64,000 nucleotides of DNA, from assembly GCF_006345805.1 (NCBI RefSeq), contig NC_043007.1:23994001-24058000 (forward strand), written 5' to 3'. The notes under the pieces are model-generated. The model searched no databases. It saw only the letters and a list, made by a program, of their open reading frames with translations, and was not told the DNA's origin. Origin of the DNA: Octopus sinensis. Taxonomy: Eukaryota. Position 1 is the first letter of the stretch, and every line of letters starts with the position of its first letter. The translations under genes and the position numbers were made by a program. Shown piece by piece: positions 29,581 to 43,250 of this stretch.

Positions 29581-31066
29581 TTTGACAGAAAGTCTAGTTA
29601 CATTTGACAAGATAGCTGCATAAATAAATATGTAAAATTAAAACTCAATATTTTCTATATATATTATGGAATGAGAACTACTTTGAAAGCTGAATATTTC
29701 ATTTTACTCCAACTAACAAGAAATATATAAAATGTGTGTGTGTGTATTAAGCCTTGGGAGTGGATTTGATAGATGGAAACTGAAAGAAGCCCATCATGTG
29801 TGTGTATGTTTGTTTACTGTTGTATTTCTCTGAAAATGAAGCGCTATATGCAGAGACGTTTGTAACATTTCTTCTGTCAACAAATAATCTGCTGTCTTTA
29901 CACCTTCAAACATGTGTGAAATAAGAGATCTGTTACTTGAAAAACAAGTAAGAGTCATCGACAGGAAGGACAACCGGTTGTAAAACAATGCCTCAGTAAT
30001 ATAATCGTCTAACCGATGTTAATGAGGAAATGGATGTAGAGACAAACAAATCAATGAAACTATTCTTCCCCCATTCAATTTGTTGCCTAACATCAACTCT
30101 CAACATTGATATTGAAAAATCAATCTGTGATTTCATTGTAACTAGAAATCAATTTGTAGTTTCATAACTCCAGTGTACAGGAATGATACTCGAGAGGGCC
30201 CAGTGTTAGAAAGGAAAATCTTGAATATATGGGTGCAGGTGTGGCTGTGTGGTAAGAAGTTTTCATTCCCCTCCTTGGTCCTCACATGTGCAAATATACA
30301 TGTCCTATTTTATTGAAGACTCTCTTCACTTACATTTACTCCTCCATCCTCCCCTCTCTAATAACCAATTCTGGCCCTTCTGTCATCGTTGTTCCCTTTC
30401 CAAACATACATTTACTGTGTACAAGGCCCCCATTGTCTATTGTTCATGCTGTAAAGTAATTAGCCAAATGAACAGAGAAAGTACAAGTCCTGAGATCTCT
30501 GTAGTCCTGTGTCACCAAGGACTATTCAACCTTTCTAGTGTTTGTGCCATGAAAAAGTGCACTCAGTACACTCTGTAAAGTTGTTAGCTTTTAGGAAGGG
30601 CATCCAGCCATAGAAACTTAGCCAAATGATATATTGTACAAGCACCTAGTCTTTGAGAACTGTAGCTCCAAATGGTAAATGAATTAGGTGGTGAGCTGGC
30701 AGAAACGTTAGCACACCGGGCAAAATGCTCAGCAGTATTTTGTCTGTCGCTACGTTCTCAGTTCAAATTCTGCCGAGGTCGACTTTGCCTTTCATCCTTT
30801 CGAGGTCAATTAAATAAGTACCAGTTGTGTACTGGGGTTGATGTAATCAACTTAATACCTTTGTCTGTCCTTGTTTGTCCTCTTTATGTATAGCCCCTTG
30901 TGAGTAATAAAGAAATAGGTAAATGAATTGGACTGTGATGTTCTGACCAACCCATGCCAACATGGAAAGCAGATGTAAAATGATGATGAGGGTGGTAGCA
31001 GTGATTTACTTTAAACAGCTTTGATCTTTTGTCATATAACTAAAATTCATTTTATCTTCTCTTCAG

Positions 31067-31267
31067 GTCATTGGCAGCTCGTTGCTTTTCGTTCACAATA
31101 GTTTGGGCAAAACAGGAGTCTGGCTTATCGACTTTGGCAAGACGACACCGCTCCCTAAGAACATTGTGACAAATCATCGCAACAAATGGGTTGAAGGAAA
31201 CCACGAAGACGGCTATTTGTTTGGTTTGGACAACCTGATCTCACTGATGGAAGAACTACTCGTCTAA
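31067..31267 (+). CDS. ITPKA/B/C-like (IP3K): IP3 3-kinase last coding exon ([10 protein letters not shown]...[13 protein letters not shown]...[24 protein letters not shown])
   Basis: Acceptor tcttctcttcag. SSLL and IDFG catalytic motifs present. TAA stop at 31265-31267. Confidence 0.97.
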   Translation, partial: VIGSSLLFVHNSLGKTGVWLIDFGKTTPLPKNIVTNHRNKWVEGNHEDGYLFGLDNLISLMEELLV

Positions 31268-32722
31268 CAGATGCTGTTTTTTTTTTTTGTAATGAGCGTG
31301 AGAAACATAACACACATGCACTTCCAGTGAAAACTGTCTATATATATATATATATACTTTTATTCCTGGTCTACCTCCTATCGACTACCTCTTCGTCAAT
31401 TACGTCTGGGCTTTTCTTCACATCTAATTTGGTGTGTTCAGTCATAGAACAATGCATTATTTCTTTATTCATACCATTTACATCTTTCTGTTTGTGATAA
31501 GATGTCAAAGTTATAAAGCCCAGAGCCTAGAAATATATGCTGCACATTATACTCTATGAAACTAGTTTCTGTGCATCTTAAAAGTGTAGGTAGAACACCT
31601 TATTAGCTCTCTCTCTCTCTTTCAGTTGACACCAACATAAAACAAAGTTTGTCTTCTTCTGCTAATGTACTCCTTCTCTCTAACAAGGTTAGCATCTCTC
31701 ACCTGATGTATGTTGTACCACTTCATTGCATTTACATTTAGCCATAGACTGTCTGTTTAATTTTCCCAACTTTGCCACAAGGAAACATCTTTAGAGCTGA
31801 TAATGTAAATTTTTATCCTTTAACATTTTGCCTCTATCTTTTAACATGCACTCTTGCACATCTTCATTGACACATATTCACATTTACTCATAAACATATT
31901 CATAGGCATATGTCTATCATCATTCTCCTTAATATTTTTAAATCCCTGCATTTTAATTTTATCTGAAATGTCATACACTTAGACTGGCATCATAATATAG
32001 TTTTCCATCTGCAGTTTGATGAAGATTTAAACATTTAAGTAGCTTGAATGAGGATTATTTCCAAAGCTAGGATTTATTAAAAAGAAAAAAATGTTTTTCT
32101 GGATTGATGTGGCAATTTCTGGAGAAACATTTCTCTAAGTTTTAATATAAGATTTCTATGAAAAGAAAATATATTTTAGACTTTACTGAAATTAACAATT
32201 AACTTTATATTTCGTAGTACTTCAAGAATGAATGGATACAAATTCTTAATAAGGAATTAATATTTTAGTTCTGAAACATTTGAAACAATTTAAAATATTT
32301 AATTTTTCTTGATTTTTCAGTTAAATCTATGTCTTTTATATTTATTTATTATTTTTTTGTCATTTTTATAGATTTTTATTCAAATACCTAAACCTTACAA
32401 AAATAAAATAGAAATTTTCCATCATGAAAAATTTCATCACCTCAACTCTGAAGTTGAGGTATAAACCACAGAATAATTAGTGATGGAAAGCGCATCAAGC
32501 TGTAGAATCAACTGCATTAATATTGTGTGTTCTTTATTTATGGATGAAGAATACCATTGGTTTCATGTTAAGGGAAATCCCTCGGCAATCCTCAAGCCTG
32601 TCACATCGAACATTGGTGTTCATCTCCATTTTAGTGCTTTAATCCAAAATGGAGATGAACACCAATGTTCTATGTAGAAGGCTTGACTTCCTTTAACATG
32701 AAACCAATGATAGCCTTAACCC

Positions 32723-32765
<43 letters not shown>

Positions 32766-34886
32766 TATATACATACATAAATGCATATTCTAAATGTATA
32801 TCTATAGTGGGCTTTCCTGTTGTGCATGTGCAGTGTCTTGCTGCACAACCTGCACAAATGACTTGCTTTTAAGGATCAACTGTTTGTGCTGTACATTATT
32901 AGCTCACACCTTCCATCAAATTGCCTGTACAGGTGCACAATGTGGTATACATAAAATGTAGAAGTGATTGCAGGGCAATGTGAGATGAAGTGTTTTGATC
33001 AAGAACACAATGTACCACACTGTCCAGGAATTGAAACCACAATCTTTGCAATCATGTGTGCAACACCCTAACCACTGGGCCACACACGCATTCATTATGT
33101 ACCTTGATCATTGGCTGAGGAAACCATGATTCCAAGAAAGTATTCAGTGTCTTATAGATGCAGAGGTTGGTATTTGTTTTATTAAGCAGGTGATGCCTTA
33201 CAATTGTCTAAATATATTCGTGTGTTTCTGTGTGTGTGTGTGTGTGTGTGTATATACACACACATACATACATATATATGTATGTCTGTATAAGATATAA
33301 ATGTAGCAATTTGTAAACAATTCTACTCATGCTAGCTGGGAAAAGAGATATAATTAAAGCAGTTACAAAAAGAAAAAGAAAAAAAAATGGAAAAAAAAAG
33401 ACATATAATGTTTTTTTGGGTTAACAAATACATTTCGTTATCTGTTTTACATACGATTAATCTGAATTTTACTTTTGCCTTTTTCAAATGCTTTGGCAAC
33501 GTCTGTAGTCGTTTTGAATCCATCAGCAATTTCACCCAATATCTTTCTGGCATGTCTCTTTGTTCAGTTAACTGCTTATTCATTATTATACAGACATATT
33601 TATTTTCCAGTTATTAATTCTTCTTCACTATCTTATCAATTTATATAAATTTCTGATAAAAATGCAAATGAAAACCAACTGCAGAGATTTAGAGATTTTT
33701 CAGTGGTCTTTCTCTCTTTTTCTCTCTCTCTTTCTCTCTTTCATTTTCTATTTTACCAATTTCTAATATCTTCTGTTGGTGCTGTCAAAGAAACGTTCTT
33801 ATATTGACTTGCATTTTCTCATGAACCACAATCTTATAATTAACATCAGCCTCTCCAGTTGAATCCTGTACCAATCCTAGTTACTTAAGCTGCAATGATT
33901 TGTTGTGAAACATGTTCAACGCTGCAGTTAAGTGCAGCTAATGCCGATTCTAAACCCTTCTCTTTCTTCCTCTCTATAAAACGTGTTTCTGAGATGATAC
34001 ATCTTAGATTATATACATCTCACTCTATCACTGTCTCACTCTCACATTCGCACATAAAACACAATTTACTACGAGTGTATATATATATATAGTTTTAAAT
34101 TATTTCATTCAAACTTGTTTTGAATCTAAAGAGTTGCTGCTAAATGACTCCCTAAATATCTGTGATGGAGAATAATAGGGACAAACTGTTTTTTTTTTTT
34201 GTTTTTTTTTTTTATTCTATCTATTAGGAAGCAAACTTGTCTGTGATGTTCCTATTTTTATCTCCACCTTAACAAGGTGATGACAAACTGTGACAACAGT
34301 TTTGAAGATTGGCATGGAGGAATGATCATTTCAGTATATTCCACAGAATTTTCTCTGCTCCCTACTACTAGCACTACTACTACTACTACTACTCTTTCAT
34401 CCCCATTCAGCCTCATGTTCAGATTGTCACATTTAACATTCCAAATATTGCATCCCAAATCGTTTTTGTATTTCATTTGTTGCTGTGTGTGTTTCCCCAC
34501 ATTGTGTGTAAGAGCACAAGAAACAGCAAATTGATATTGTAAGTATATGTTTCCAATCTTTGTTAATGTAAACGTTTAAGCACGACACATACCATTGCAT
34601 ACATCCCTATACGCTCCATCTTCAAAGACAGTGTTTGATTATTACTTATCCTTACCATCTTCATAATAATCCACATCATACTGCACTCAAATATGCATAT
34701 CCATACAAGCATACACGAGCATGCATTAGAAGCGTTCCGTGTGTCCTTATTATGAGAAAAAAGATTATGTTGAGCTTAAGACTTCCTATTTAAAACTGTT
34801 GAAAAAAGGAGATAAGAAGATTTTCGATTAGCTTTATCCTGCAAAATATTACTGTTACTACTTTAGAAAGCTCTTACTATATGTAA

Positions 34887-34926
<40 letters not shown>

Positions 34927-35645
34927 TAAACATACATGCATATATATATATCTGCATACATGTGAGATTTTCCATGTGTTATATCACTTCAATTTTATCA
35001 AGATTGAAATTTTACTGTATTTGAGAATTGTATATTACTTGATTTAGTTGCTCGGTCTTTTTCTCATACCAGCTGCACTACTACCACCCTCTTCAACCAG
35101 ATGCTCTGCTGGCTGCAGTTGCAAGGGGTAACCCTGTGTCTTCATGAAACTGAAAAGCCCACTTCTTTAGTGGTCTAACCACATGGTCTGGTTTATGAGA
35201 AATCTCGGTGGAATATCAACGGTTCATAGTAATTTGGTGGCTTTCTTACCACATGTCCTAACTATTTCAGTCTCATTCTCCTTATTACTTTGATAAGACT
35301 GTAAATACCACATTTCAAATTCTTCTAGTTTTTGTCTATCTTCAGATTTTAGGGTCCATGCTATTGAAACGTAGGTTGCAAGTGTGAGAATGTGGGCATT
35401 GTATAGTGTAACTTTGAATCAATAGTTGATATACTAGCAGTGAAATGACTATGAAGTTAAGGTATAAGTCACATTTCTGGGTTTAGATTATCCAGTAAAA
35501 TATTACTGCTGCTACACATTTCTTGGTCCTCCAAATGCTGTAAACTCATTTTGAAGATGTGTGATCCATTTGATACTATACTATTAAGAAACACAAACTT
35601 TGTGACATCTACTTCAGAACCATCTATTATTACTAGATTCTAGGT

Positions 35646-35817
35646 CAGTACTCTGCAACCGGTATGCCGTGTCATGAAACAGTGCTAGGTGTGCCACAGT
35701 GTAACTTGAATATAAATTTTCCCCTATGCTTTTAGTTCTATTTTTAGTTTAGGTGTGCCATTAAATTTTGAAAAGAATATAAGTGTACCACAAGTGAAAA
35801 AAGGTTGCAGAGCACTG
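35646..35817. mobile_element. hAT-type MITE (172 bp)
   Basis: TIRs cagtactctgcaacc / ggttgcagagcactg, with subterminal ggtgtgcc repeats. 8-bp TSD not preserved. Confidence 0.7.
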
Positions 35818-36829
35818 TTGGTGATTAGCACTCGCACTACACTCCGGTTATTTTCATGTCCTACTTCTTTTTTACATGGTTTGTTTAACTGCTTAGAGAA
35901 TAGTTTCAGTTTTCCAAAGACTATAGATATCAGTTTTTATGTCAGCAGCATATTTAATGCCTGTGGAGAGGACATCTGATTGGCAGACTTTTCATATAAG
36001 TTTTTGAGTTCCACCATCACAAAATTGAGTATGTTTCATTGGAGATAACATGCAACCTTGTCTCAGATTTTTATTGCATCTCAACCCAATCCAGCAACTG
36101 ATCATCCATGTTCACTGCACACTTGGTATTATTGTCTAGTGCTTTTCTTGTTTGCACTGTCTTGAAGTCAAGACTTATTGCTGTTATCATTTTGCATAGG
36201 GCCTTCTTCCAGATCATATCAAGGCAGCTTTAAGTCAAAACTGAAGTTTAATAGAAATGCTGATAATCTTTGAATTGCTCTTCAAAACTATCTCCAAAAT
36301 GTGTTTCAAAAATTGCCCTGTGGTCTTTGAAACATAAAAATTACATAAATGATCTTTGTTTTAAAGATCATTTCAAAATACTGTAATTAAGGAATTAATG
36401 CAGAAATTACTGTTAATTCCTATGTGGGATGATTAAAACACCTTTACAAATCAATCAATACAGTAAAATTAAATATGGAAAATTTTAGCTAACAAATGTC
36501 CCTACTGTTTGTTTAACAAGGGTCCCTTTGATGGATTAACTTGAAATAATTAATCTGACAATAACTATATTGGCTGTAAGTCTAGGATTCCATTGGTTTG
36601 ATCATAATTATACTGTATAAGAAATTGTTGTTATTATGAAGGACTATGGATTGGCAGGCTCACTTGAAAGTTGGACAAAATACCTTGTGGTATTTAGTTA
36701 CAATTCTTTAGTTTAAATCTGAGTTCAAATCCAGCCAAGCTCAACTTTGCTTTTAATCTCTCCAAATTTCTGGTCTTGTATCTATATTAGAAACAATTAA
36801 AATTATACCTATTAATTAGCAGGAATGTT

Positions 36830-37105
36830 GTCTTGGGGTTAGGTGGCAACAAGTCCCTTTAAAACTAAAAAAAAACCCTTCTTAGGATTCTGGCAGAATA
36901 TAAGATGGTATTTTTCTGCAGGTCAACAATGCAAATCCCCATTCCAATATCCTTCAGTCTCTTAGGTATCATTTTGGATGTCGGGCTGAGGGCACCAGTT
37001 ACCACAGGAACAATTGTCTTCTTCCACAATTTCTTCATCTCTCTGACTAGGTCCTGATATTTATCAATTATTTTCATCTCTAATATCCTCTCTGATATCA
37101 TGCAG
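36830..37105 (-). mobile_element. R4/Dong-like LINE 3' end (restriction-like endonuclease)
   Basis: ORF KYQDLVREMKKLW..IVPVVTGAL...LQKNTILYSARILRRV, typical of R4-clade C-termini. Confidence 0.8.
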
Positions 37106-37976
37106 AATATAAGAATATAAAATTCTTCTTATTTTTATTGTCGTCATGTTTATTGCTGTCCTTATTTAGCAAAGGTAGAGATTTGAATTGGATTTTGTTC
37201 CGTTCTTCATTGTTCTGCATTCAAAGTTATGCCAGATTGAACCTTGCCGTTTATCTAGGGATTTTGACCTACTCCTTCCCCGCTCCCACTCCTTATGGAA
37301 CCAGCTTGGTTTTGTGCCTCAGTCAACTCTTCACTGTATGGTTGGTTATGTACATACCAAAATGACGATGCTCTTAACGAGTGTCGCATCACCATCTCCA
37401 AATTACCTGTAAATATTAATTTAAAACGTTTTCAACAGTTTTTTTTTTCTGTTTTTTTTTTTAAGACAGAGTCGACAACATAATTGTTTTTGTACAATAA
37501 GGAAACAAAAATATATATAATTAATTAATCATATGTTAAATGTATGAAATTCATTCCCTGGGCAGTTATGGATTGTATGTGTCTCTCACATCTAATTTAA
37601 GACATCTGATTTTTTTTTTTTTTCTTTTTTTTTTGCAACCATTGATCTTTCTTCAGTAAGTTGTTCCTGTTCATAATGTTTCCTGTTGGTGTCACTACTG
37701 CTGTTACTGCTACGACTTTTAATCTTCCTTGTAAAAATTAGCCTTATACAAACATCTCCAGCAACAATTTTTCCAACAAGTTAATTGTTGCGAAAACAAA
37801 TGTGTGTTATACTAACTTAATTTTTCAAATGATTATGTTTGTTTTGTTATTTACATTTTTTTTTTTTACATTTCTTTATTGTGTGTGTATTGTGTGGTTA
37901 TGATGTAATTTAAGCATCAATCCATTCAGCCAGCGACAGAAATTTGGTTAAACACGATTCTGTACATGTGTTAACA

Positions 37977-38040
37977 AAAATAAAATTTTTAATAAAAAAA
38001 TACTATAAAACTAATAAATAAAAAATAAAAAATAAACATA
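37977..38040 (+). terminator. Cluster of AATAAA signals followed by a U/GU-rich tract; candidate distal poly(A) site of the IP3K gene
   Basis: At least five AATAAA within 65 nt, then ttgttttgtttcgtattgtttt. Confidence 0.4.
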
Positions 38041-39559
38041 AGCCTTATCTTTGTTTTTACATTTTTGTTTTGTTTCGTATTGTTTTATTTAACTTACTGC
38101 AAGAACATGCATGACTGAGATTAATAGGTTATCAGATAACCACCAACATTCAGCTGAAGTGACAACACCCTTTCTCTTTATCTGTGTCTCTGTCTGTCCC
38201 TCTATCTCCTCTCCCTCCAACCTCTCTCTCTCTCTCTCTGTCTCTGTCTTAAACAAAGGGTAAGAGATGGAAATATTAGGTGCTTCACTCTTCATGGCAA
38301 TTGAACCTGTTGACCTCTCCTCTCAGTCAACCAGCAAAGAGGTCAGAGAGATTTGTTGCAGAAAATAGCCTTCAAGCTAGTGAAAAATCATCGAAGAAGA
38401 TTGCCACAGTGGGACAGAGCAAAGAGGTAAAATAATACAACCACCACCCAAAGTTGGAGCTTAGAACATTTATCTCTTTTAATTGTTTCAGTCATTTGAC
38501 TGCGGCCATACTGGAGCACCGCCTTTAGTCGAGCAAATCAACCCCAGGACTTATTCTTTGTAAGCCTAGTACTTATTCTATCGGTCTCTTATGCCGAACC
38601 GCTAATTTACAGGGACGTAAAAACACCGCCATTGGTTGTCAAGCGATGTTGGGGGGACAAACACAGACACAAACATATACATACACACACATACATATAT
38701 ACGACGGGCTTCTTTCCATTTCCGTCTACCAAATTCACTCATGGCTTTGGTTGGCCCAAGGCTATAGTAGAAGACACTTGCCAAGGTGCCACATAGTGGG
38801 AATGAACCCGGAACCATGTGGTTGGTAGCATTTGCTAAACATTTGCTAAACATTTAAAAACTTTTAGCATTTATACCAGGCTGAACTTAGTCTACCTGTT
38901 TTATGTTCAAATTGGCCAGAATTAGCCTTTGACATGCAATTTACAATGTCATTCTGAAAATAAACAATGACATCATCTAAATCTCAAAGCTACCAGATAA
39001 TGCATGATTAGTTCAAAACAATGTGAGTCGTCTGAATGCTAAAGGGTTAAAATTCATTGTCATCGGCACAACTGACCTTAGTCTGTCATGAGCTCTAGGA
39101 CTGATAAAGATTGAAAGATTAAAAGACCACAGCTTTGGTATTAAGGTATAGTAGCTTTGTCGCAGTGAACTGGCAGAAATGGTAGCACGCTGGGCGAAAT
39201 GCTTCGTCTACCGCTACATTCTGAGTTCAAATTCCGCCGAGGTCGACTTTGCCTTTCATCCTTTTGGGGTCGATAAATTAAGGACCAGTTACGCACTGGG
39301 GTCGATGTAATCAACTTAATCCGTTTGTCTTTGTTTGTCCCCTCTATGTTTAGCCCCTTGTGGGTAGTAAAGAAATAGGTATAGTAGCTTTGTTAAGTTA
39401 TATAGAAAAGCAACCTGTATCATCTACACACTGTGCAGGTGAATACAATCAACCATCCAGCATCTCAGTCACCTTTCCCACCTAACTGGATGTCCGTTTT
39501 TTTGCCAACTAGCTTACTACTAGGGAACCCGCAGTGAAGTTCCTGTCTATAGTTTGTCT

Positions 39560-40190
39560 ACAGTCCTTGGACAGTGCCCTACAAAGGACATTTTGTTAGA
39601 ATGGTGCAAGAAAGAATTGTAAGACAGAATTTTGAAGCTGAGCCAACTGGCAGGAAACCTAGGGGTAAAACCAAGAACAATGGATGATATCCATGGGCTC
39701 AGTTGGACACGCTCCGGAATCCAGGTGGAAAGTCTAATGATAATAATAATGAAATTATTGTATACAGTGCTCAGGTGCACCACAACTTGTCGAAAGTGTG
39801 TATAAAGCATATGCAGTAATGTACAAATGTCAGGAAAGCGAAGAGTGTATGAGTCAGATACATTCTTGCATCTGTATGGAGGGGAGATAATCAGGTGTAG
39901 TGTTAGCGAATCTCAGGAAGCATGGAAGTTTTGAAGGATGCAGTGCTCCGACAACTAACAACTGATGCCGGCAGTTTGTTCTATTCTTCAGCAACTCTTA
40001 GTGTGAAAAAATGTTTCCGAAAGTCATGGGAGCTGTGCTGTTTTCTGACTTTGTACACATGTCCATGATGACTGCTTCTGATAGGACCCTAAAGAGGAGT
40101 GCCTGAGGACTCTACTCCCACAGCCGTTCTAGGAATAGTGGGCAGAGATGGAAGAAAGGATGGATGGATGGATCTGTGAGAGATTTCAGT
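39560..40190 (+). mobile_element. RTE LINE 3' end with (GGAT)n tail, interrupted by a CR1 fragment
   Basis: GHFVRMVQERIVRQ..EAEPTGRKPRG. Same family as 62225-62530. Confidence 0.75.
39742..40064 (-). mobile_element. CR1-like LINE 3' end nested in the RTE
   Basis: FRKHFFTLRVAE..NKLPASVV..FKT, (ATT)n tail, ATGAT duplication at 39737-39741 and 40065-40069. Confidence 0.8.
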
Positions 40191-42639
40191 TTCAAAGTTT
40201 GGAGCAAGGCTAGCAACTTCAGGGAGTGGGGAAGTCGATTACATCAGCCCCCAGTGCATAACTGGTACTTATTTTATTGATCCCGAAAGGATTAAAGGCA
40301 AAGTTGACCTCAGTGTAATTTGAACTCAGAACAAAGACGGATGAAATGCCGTTAAGCATTTTGGCTGGCATGGTAACGATTCTGCCACCTTGCTTGTCCA
40401 TAAGATTTATTATTTATTTCTTTACTACCCACAAGGGGCTAAACACAGAGGGGACAAACAAGGACAGACGAATGGATTAAGTCGATTACATCGACCCCAG
40501 TGCGTAACTGGTACTTAATTTATCGACCTTGAAAGGATGAAAGGCAAAGTCGACCTCGGCGGAATCTGAACTCAGAGCATAACGGCAGACGAAATACCGT
40601 TAAGCATTTTGGCTGGCATGCTAACGGTTCTGCCACCTTGCATGTCCACAAGATTTATTATTATCTCTGGGTAAATATTGCTGTTAATTTTGCCTTTTTT
40701 TGCAAGATGGTTTCATTAAGTGTGATACCCAGATGGTTGTAATTTGCTTGTTTATGGGCAAAATAATTCATTCCACTTTACAAGCATTTTGTACAATGAA
40801 GTAGGTTAACTAGATCAGTGTAGCATAACACCTGTAGATACCTCTCTCTCTCTCCTTCTCTTTCTCTTTGTCCCTCCATATCTCCCCCCCTTTCTCTCTC
40901 CCCATTGAATAATTCCATCATTATTTCTCTTCTATACAATCAACTGTTCTATGATTTACTCCACTAATTTATTCCTATTTTAACCTGTTTCTACAATGAC
41001 TAGCTCCCTCCCTCACTCTGTTTCTGTTTCTTTCTCTGTCTCCCCTCTCTCTCTCTCTCTCTCTCTCTCTACTCTCTCTCTCCCTGTCTCCTCTCTCACT
41101 TTCTACACACATCCACATTCACAAACACTTGCATATATATTATAGACACACACACACATATATATATATAGGTAGGTAGGTGGATAGATAGATAGATGGA
41201 GATAGATAGATAGGTAGGTAGGTAGGTAGGTATGTAGGTAGGTAGATAGATAGGTAGGTAGGTAGGTAGATACCAACCTCCTACCAATCCTCATCTTGTT
41301 CTTTATGATTGAGACCTATTTCCCTCAACTACAGTTCTCTCTCTCCCTCTTGCCCCCTTCCTCCACCTGCTCCTACTCCTCACCCTACTCCCTCAACTTT
41401 TGCAAATCAACCCTAATCATGACACCCCTCTACCCTCTTTTTTTCTACCCTTCTTCCTGTCCACTCCATCAACCGCCCCCACAATTCTGATGCCTCTCAA
41501 TAACTCACGTGTTCCCCCCTGTTAAACAGACAGCTCCAGCTCTGTGACACTTCAAATGTCACAGCTGTCACTGACATTCAGCAATTTCCTCTAAGAGTAC
41601 ATGTTGCAGATAAGAGAGAAAGGGGAGAGAGAGAGAGGGAGAGAGAGAGGGAGAGAGAGAGAGAGAGAAAGGTGGGAGAGAACACAGGATCAAATAGTAT
41701 TGAAAACTGTCAATTCATAGACCCTGATTTCAAATCCTCTGCAGGTATCAAAATAATAATAATAATAATAATACTAATAGTAATACTATAAGTACAAGGC
41801 CTGAAATGTTTTTGAGATGCACATATTGTCAGCCACTAAGGGACATGGTCAACTGGTTATGGTCAAACAACTGACAAGCAAACCTGTGGCATTGAGCAGA
41901 ATATTTGCTGTAGCCCATCTTTTATACCAAGACAAAACAATGTACATGATAACACTTCCAATCAGTTAAGATCAGATGCCATGAGAGCCACTGCCTGGTA
42001 CTGCATCAGGGCATTATAATAATACTAACAATAATACTATAAGAACAAGGCCCGAAATGGGATGAGTAGTCAATTACATCGACCCCAGTACTCGACTAGT
42101 ACTTAATTTATCGACTCCTAAAGGATGAAAGGCAAAGTTGACTTCAGTGGAATTTGAACTCAGAACGTCAAAGCCAACGAAATGCTGCAAAGCATTTTGC
42201 CTGGTGTGCTAACGATTCTGCCAGCTCGCTGCCTTAATAATACTCTTTTACTTGTTTCAGTTATTTGACTGTGGCCATGCTGAAGCACCGCTTTTAGTCG
42301 AGCAAATTGACCCCAGGACTTATTCTTTGTAAGCCTAGTACTTATTATATCAGTGTCTTTTGCTGAACCGCTAAGTTACAGGGACGTAAACACACCAGCA
42401 TCAGTTGTCAAGTGATGTTGGGGGGACAAACACAGATACACAACATATACACACACATATATATATATACATATGTACAATGGGCTTCTTTCAGTTTCCG
42501 TCTACCAAATCCACTCACAAGGCTTTGGTCGACCCGAGGCTATAGAAGACACTTGCCCAAGTTGCTACTGGTATATTATATATCAACCTCTAAAAGGGTA
42601 AACCACTAGAAAGTCCAGTCTTCCAAGTAGTACCTCCCA

Positions 42640-42919
42640 TACTTATTCCTTCTTCTCGAGCCAAGCGTGGCTCATAAAGACCGGTTTCTTTGGCATATAG
42701 GTTCCCCACCTGGACGGGACGCCAGTCTGTCACAGGTGAGCTGCAAGATGCAGGAGGAAAGAGTGAGAGAAAGTTATGGTGAAAGAGTCTGCCATTACCT
42801 TCTACTGGAGCCGCGTAGAGCTTAGGTGTTTTGCTCATAAACACACACATCGCCCGGTCTGAGATTCAAACCCACCATCCCTCGACCGTGAGTCCACTGC
42901 TCTAACCACTAGGCCATAC
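42640..42919 (-). mobile_element. tRNA-derived SINE family D1
   Basis: Head gtatggcctagtggttagagcag...ggtttgaatctc. Body actggcgtcccgtccagg...gaaaccgg. Confidence 0.75.
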
Positions 42920-42939
42920 TGAACAAGTCAAAGGACAGA

Positions 42940-43250
42940 TTCCAGGCTAATATGGACCACCTCTTCCTGGAGGTAAAAATAGGTTTGCATGGGGCCATCC
43001 TGAAATAAAAGCAAAGTTACAGAAAGCATCAATGACAATTCAAAGCCAACAGCAATTTGGGGGAGGAAGATTTTCCCTTTCGGGAAGACATCATGGAACA
43101 TCAAGATATATGAAAGAGAAAAGAAAAAGCAGGGATCTAACTGGAGAGAAGCAGAAAAGAATGACAGCTCAGTGTGGAGAATAATAGGGGAAAGCAGGTG
43201 ATGGACTGTGCTTCGTATAGGGAGTTTAGTAAAGGGGTTTAGTAAAGAAA
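42940..43250 (+). mobile_element. Decayed RTE-like LINE 3' end
   Basis: Frames loosely resemble W.GH...RGRP..TW.R...W.E and LC C-terminal motifs. Confidence 0.4.

Noticed and set aside
35070-35149. - strand exon-like ORF (FMKTQGYPLQLQPAEHLVEEGGSSAA)
   Set aside because: Short pyrimidine tract and no compatible chain. Could be chance within UTR sequence.
38327-38426. + strand exon-like ORF (QPAKRSERFVAENSLQ...)
   Set aside because: Isolated, no partner exons or homology, and downstream of the IP3K stop.
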